DNA of 38,644 nucleotides. Origin: Octopus bimaculoides. Lineage: Eukaryota. The position numbers were made by a program, and so were the translations under genes. This document shows, one piece after another, positions 36,000-38,644 of this stretch (the stretch's first letter is position 1; each line of letters begins with the position of its first letter). The DNA is taken from positions 46,803,449 through 46,842,092 of the forward strand of contig NC_068994.1 of assembly GCF_001194135.2 (NCBI RefSeq). Direction: 5' to 3'. A model generated the notes under the pieces. The model made no database searches. It was not told the origin of the DNA and saw nothing but the letters and a program-made list of their open reading frames with translations.

Positions 36000-37260
36000 A
36001 TTTGGATGTGGCCAAATATTATTGGTAAATTTTTCGTATCAGTCCTTGTATCGCTTGCCGTGTAGATTTTTGTCACATATAGTGAGGGCGCAGCTCCAAA
36101 AGGAAAACCGTAGTCGATCGAGAAATTCATGCAAGACATGGAATTCACATAAGACTGAGGTACAGAACCAAAATGGGAAAAACCGTTTGACAAGTTGCTT
36201 GGTAACAGTTGTTTGGTAATAGTACAGCACACAGGAACTGTTATCTACCATAGTGTAAACTGATGAAGTAGTTTAGAAAGTGATACCATAATTGATGTGC
36301 AGTTTCTCAACGAAATTGTGGTATCTTGAGCGAGACTGAGAAATAGCGAAATATACTTATGGTGAGTATTATTGATAAAATCATTTTTCTTGGGCAAAGA
36401 GAAATAACTTGCTCATAATAACTTAGCCTAACCAATTGGTGACATTTATATTGTGAACTTATTGGAGATCATCGAACTCCTAGCCTATTATGATTCACTT
36501 CAAGCTGAACATGTTTCAAAGATTAGAGCATCTCATGAAAAATATGTGAATTGGCTCCGAGCTCACTATTTCTCATCATTTCAAATTGAATTTCATCAGT
36601 AACTGCGCAGTTTATATTCGGTATCATAAAATCGCAAAATATTATTCAATCATAGTGGAAGCAACACAAAATTCTAGACATGTGGAGCCGTCAACATTCT
36701 TAAGCTGTTATTTGGTCAAAGGTCATACAGAATTTGTAGCTCAAGAACGATTTTTAACCTCTGTTGACTGTTGTAGGAAGACGAAGATTGAATTAACAAT
36801 CCTGATTATAGAGACACTCTAGCAGGGTCATGATAATGCTTCCGAAATATCTGGCAAAAATAATGATACCCAAGAGCCGTTATCCTAACCCTAATCTGAG
36901 CATTTATTTTCCATTCACAAAACTTCTGTAGCGTAGATTTACAGTATATCGCACAAAGGCAATTACGTACTTTTTTTTTTTTTAACTACGTGCAAATCTT
37001 CATTCACGTTCTTTGGTCATTCATGTGACTGGAGATTCTCAAATGGTTCAACGTTAGAAATCAACTCATTCAGAGACAAGTGATGTAATGATTGGTGTGA
37101 AGATGATATCAATTCTTGTACGATTTTCGAAACAACTCTCCTACTTGTGTCATACTGAGCAAACAGTTCTTATGTGCTATACTGATATCATGTCTAGACA
37201 TTCTTGCCAAACAGCTTTCCCTATTTCTCAAGTCTTGAAGATCGACGTGAGAAGTGGCCA
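36000..37260 (+). pseudogene. Decayed hAT-superfamily transposase (ZMYM1-like, TTF zinc finger + DUF4371 region)
   Basis: Frameshifted peptides QSLYRLPCRFL, ETEK*RNIL..IIDKIIFLGQR, NLLEIIELLAYYDSLQAEHV, AKYYSIIVEATQNSRHVE, QERFLTSVDC and QGHDNASEISGK in hAT order. Confidence 0.85.
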
Positions 37261-37296
37261 TTGATATCAAGTGAAAATTACATACCATCAATAGCT

Positions 37297-38136
37297 TTTA
37301 TATAAAGTTAACTGACTTCACAGCAATAACAGTTTATATAAAGTGAAAAGTCAACTGTTGACGTCACACCAACAATAGTTTATAAGAGTCAAGAGTTAGC
37401 TGTTGATTTCACACCATCAAACGTTTATATAGAATCAAAAGTCAACTGTTGGCTTCACACCAATAACAGTTTATATAGAGTTAAGAGTCAACTGAAAACT
37501 TCATATCAATAGTTTATATAGATTCAACTGTTGACGTCACACTAACAACATTTTATTTAGTCAATCACACCAACAATAGTTTATATAGAGTCAAAAATTG
37601 AATGTTTGCTTCACACCAACAACAGTTTATAGAGAGTCAAGAGTCAACTGTTGACTTCGCACCAACAGTTTATAGAGAGTCAAGGNNNNNNNNNNNNNNN
37701 NNNNNNNNNNNNNNNNNNNNNNNNNNNNNNNNNNNNNNNNNNNNNNNNNNNNNNNNNNNNNNNNNNNNNNNNNNNNNNNNNNNNNNNNNNNNNNNNNNNN
37801 NNNNNNNNNNNNNNNNNNNNNNNNNNNCTTCACACCAACAACAGTTTATAGAGAGTCAAGAGTCAACTGTTGACTTCGCACCAACAGTTTATAGAGAGTC
37901 AAGGGTCAACTGTTTGTTTCACACCAACAGCAGTTTATAGAGAGTCAAGAGTCAACTGTTGGCTTCACATCAAAAACAATTTATATAGAGTCAAGAGTCA
38001 ACTGTTAGCTTCACATCAACAACAGTTTATATAGAGTCAAGGGACAACTGTTTGTTTCACACCAACAACAGTTTATAGAGAGTCAAGAGTCAACTGTTGA
38101 CTTCACATCAACAACAGTTTATATAAAGTCAACTAT
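37297..38136. repeat. ~46-bp minisatellite array (about 15 visible units, one gap)
   Basis: Unit consensus CACACCAACAACAGTTTATA(T/G)AGAGTCAAGAGTCAACTGTTGACTT. Confidence 0.92.
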
Positions 38137-38644
38137 CGGCTTTCTATCAGAACTTTCGATGAAGGAGAAATATTTTGTTTTTTTTCCATTTAAAAAAATA
38201 CTTTTTCTTGGTGGTTCCTTTTGCTGCTTTTGTTGTTTGACTCCAATTAAGCCCTGTTCAAGTAGATCTATGACCAATGGTACTGCAGTTATGACTCATC
38301 AGTTCTTTGTTGTTTTTTTTATTCAAGTTAGACCTGGAGTCTAACTGTCCTTTTATTTTTTTTTTTTTTTGACCGGTAGAGAGTGGTTTTGAGTATATTT
38401 CTGTTGTTTGTCTGACAGAGTATTGTAGTTGTGGTGGTGTTGGTAGTGGTGGTGACGACGGGGACGACGATGACGATGATGTTGATAATTTGGTGGTGGT
38501 GGTGTTAGGAGAGATATGTGAGGTGGGAGAGTGTGAGAGGAGAAAGAATGAAAAATAGAAGAGAGAGAGAGAGAGATGCAGAGAGAGAGACAGAGAGAGA
38601 GAGAGACAGAGACAGAGAAACAGATACCAAAATCCTGGTCTAGT

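Larger units (their letters stand above)
3982..37827. other. 14 assembly gaps: 3982-3991, 4517-5262, 9224-10211, 13203-13855, 17807-18582, 19206-19873, 20385-20675, 22700-23546, 25588-25597, 29122-29221, 30682-30874, 33562-34202, 34809-35029, 37686-37827
   Basis: N runs, about 6.3 kb in total; exons could be hidden in them. Confidence 0.99.

Noticed and set aside
36261-36290. CTGATGA...GAAA hammerhead-like words (also 31263 and minus strand ~38295)
   Set aside because: No stem I, II or III pairing; inside coding fossils or lacking GAAA
37297-38136. CRISPR-like array of palindromic repeats
   Set aside because: Units are contiguous with no unique spacers, there are no cas genes, and the context is eukaryotic

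Overview
Eukaryotic, repeat-saturated, apparently non-coding DNA from a gapped draft assembly: 14 N-runs totalling about 6.3 kb, most flanked by microsatellites. The SINE families and microsatellite density point to an octopod cephalopod (Octopus sp.; inference from recognised repeat sequences). No intact host gene, rRNA, tRNA or CRISPR array is supported; almost all ORF-track entries are microsatellite or N read-through artefacts. Contents: about 25 copies or fragments of three tRNA-derived SINE families (working labels A, B, C); decayed Tc1/mariner, hAT, R4/Dong-like and probably RTE-like elements; a 313-bp solo LTR with a perfect 5-bp TSD; several MITEs, including a three-level nest and an 84-bp fold-back; and a ~46-bp palindromic minisatellite abutting the hAT transposase. 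The most notable signal is two unrelated minimal type-I hammerhead-ribozyme-like motifs of the Penelope-like-element/retrozyme kind: a near-canonical one at 35492-35543 (minus strand) and a variant-core family present twice (24547-24583 and 27404-27430).
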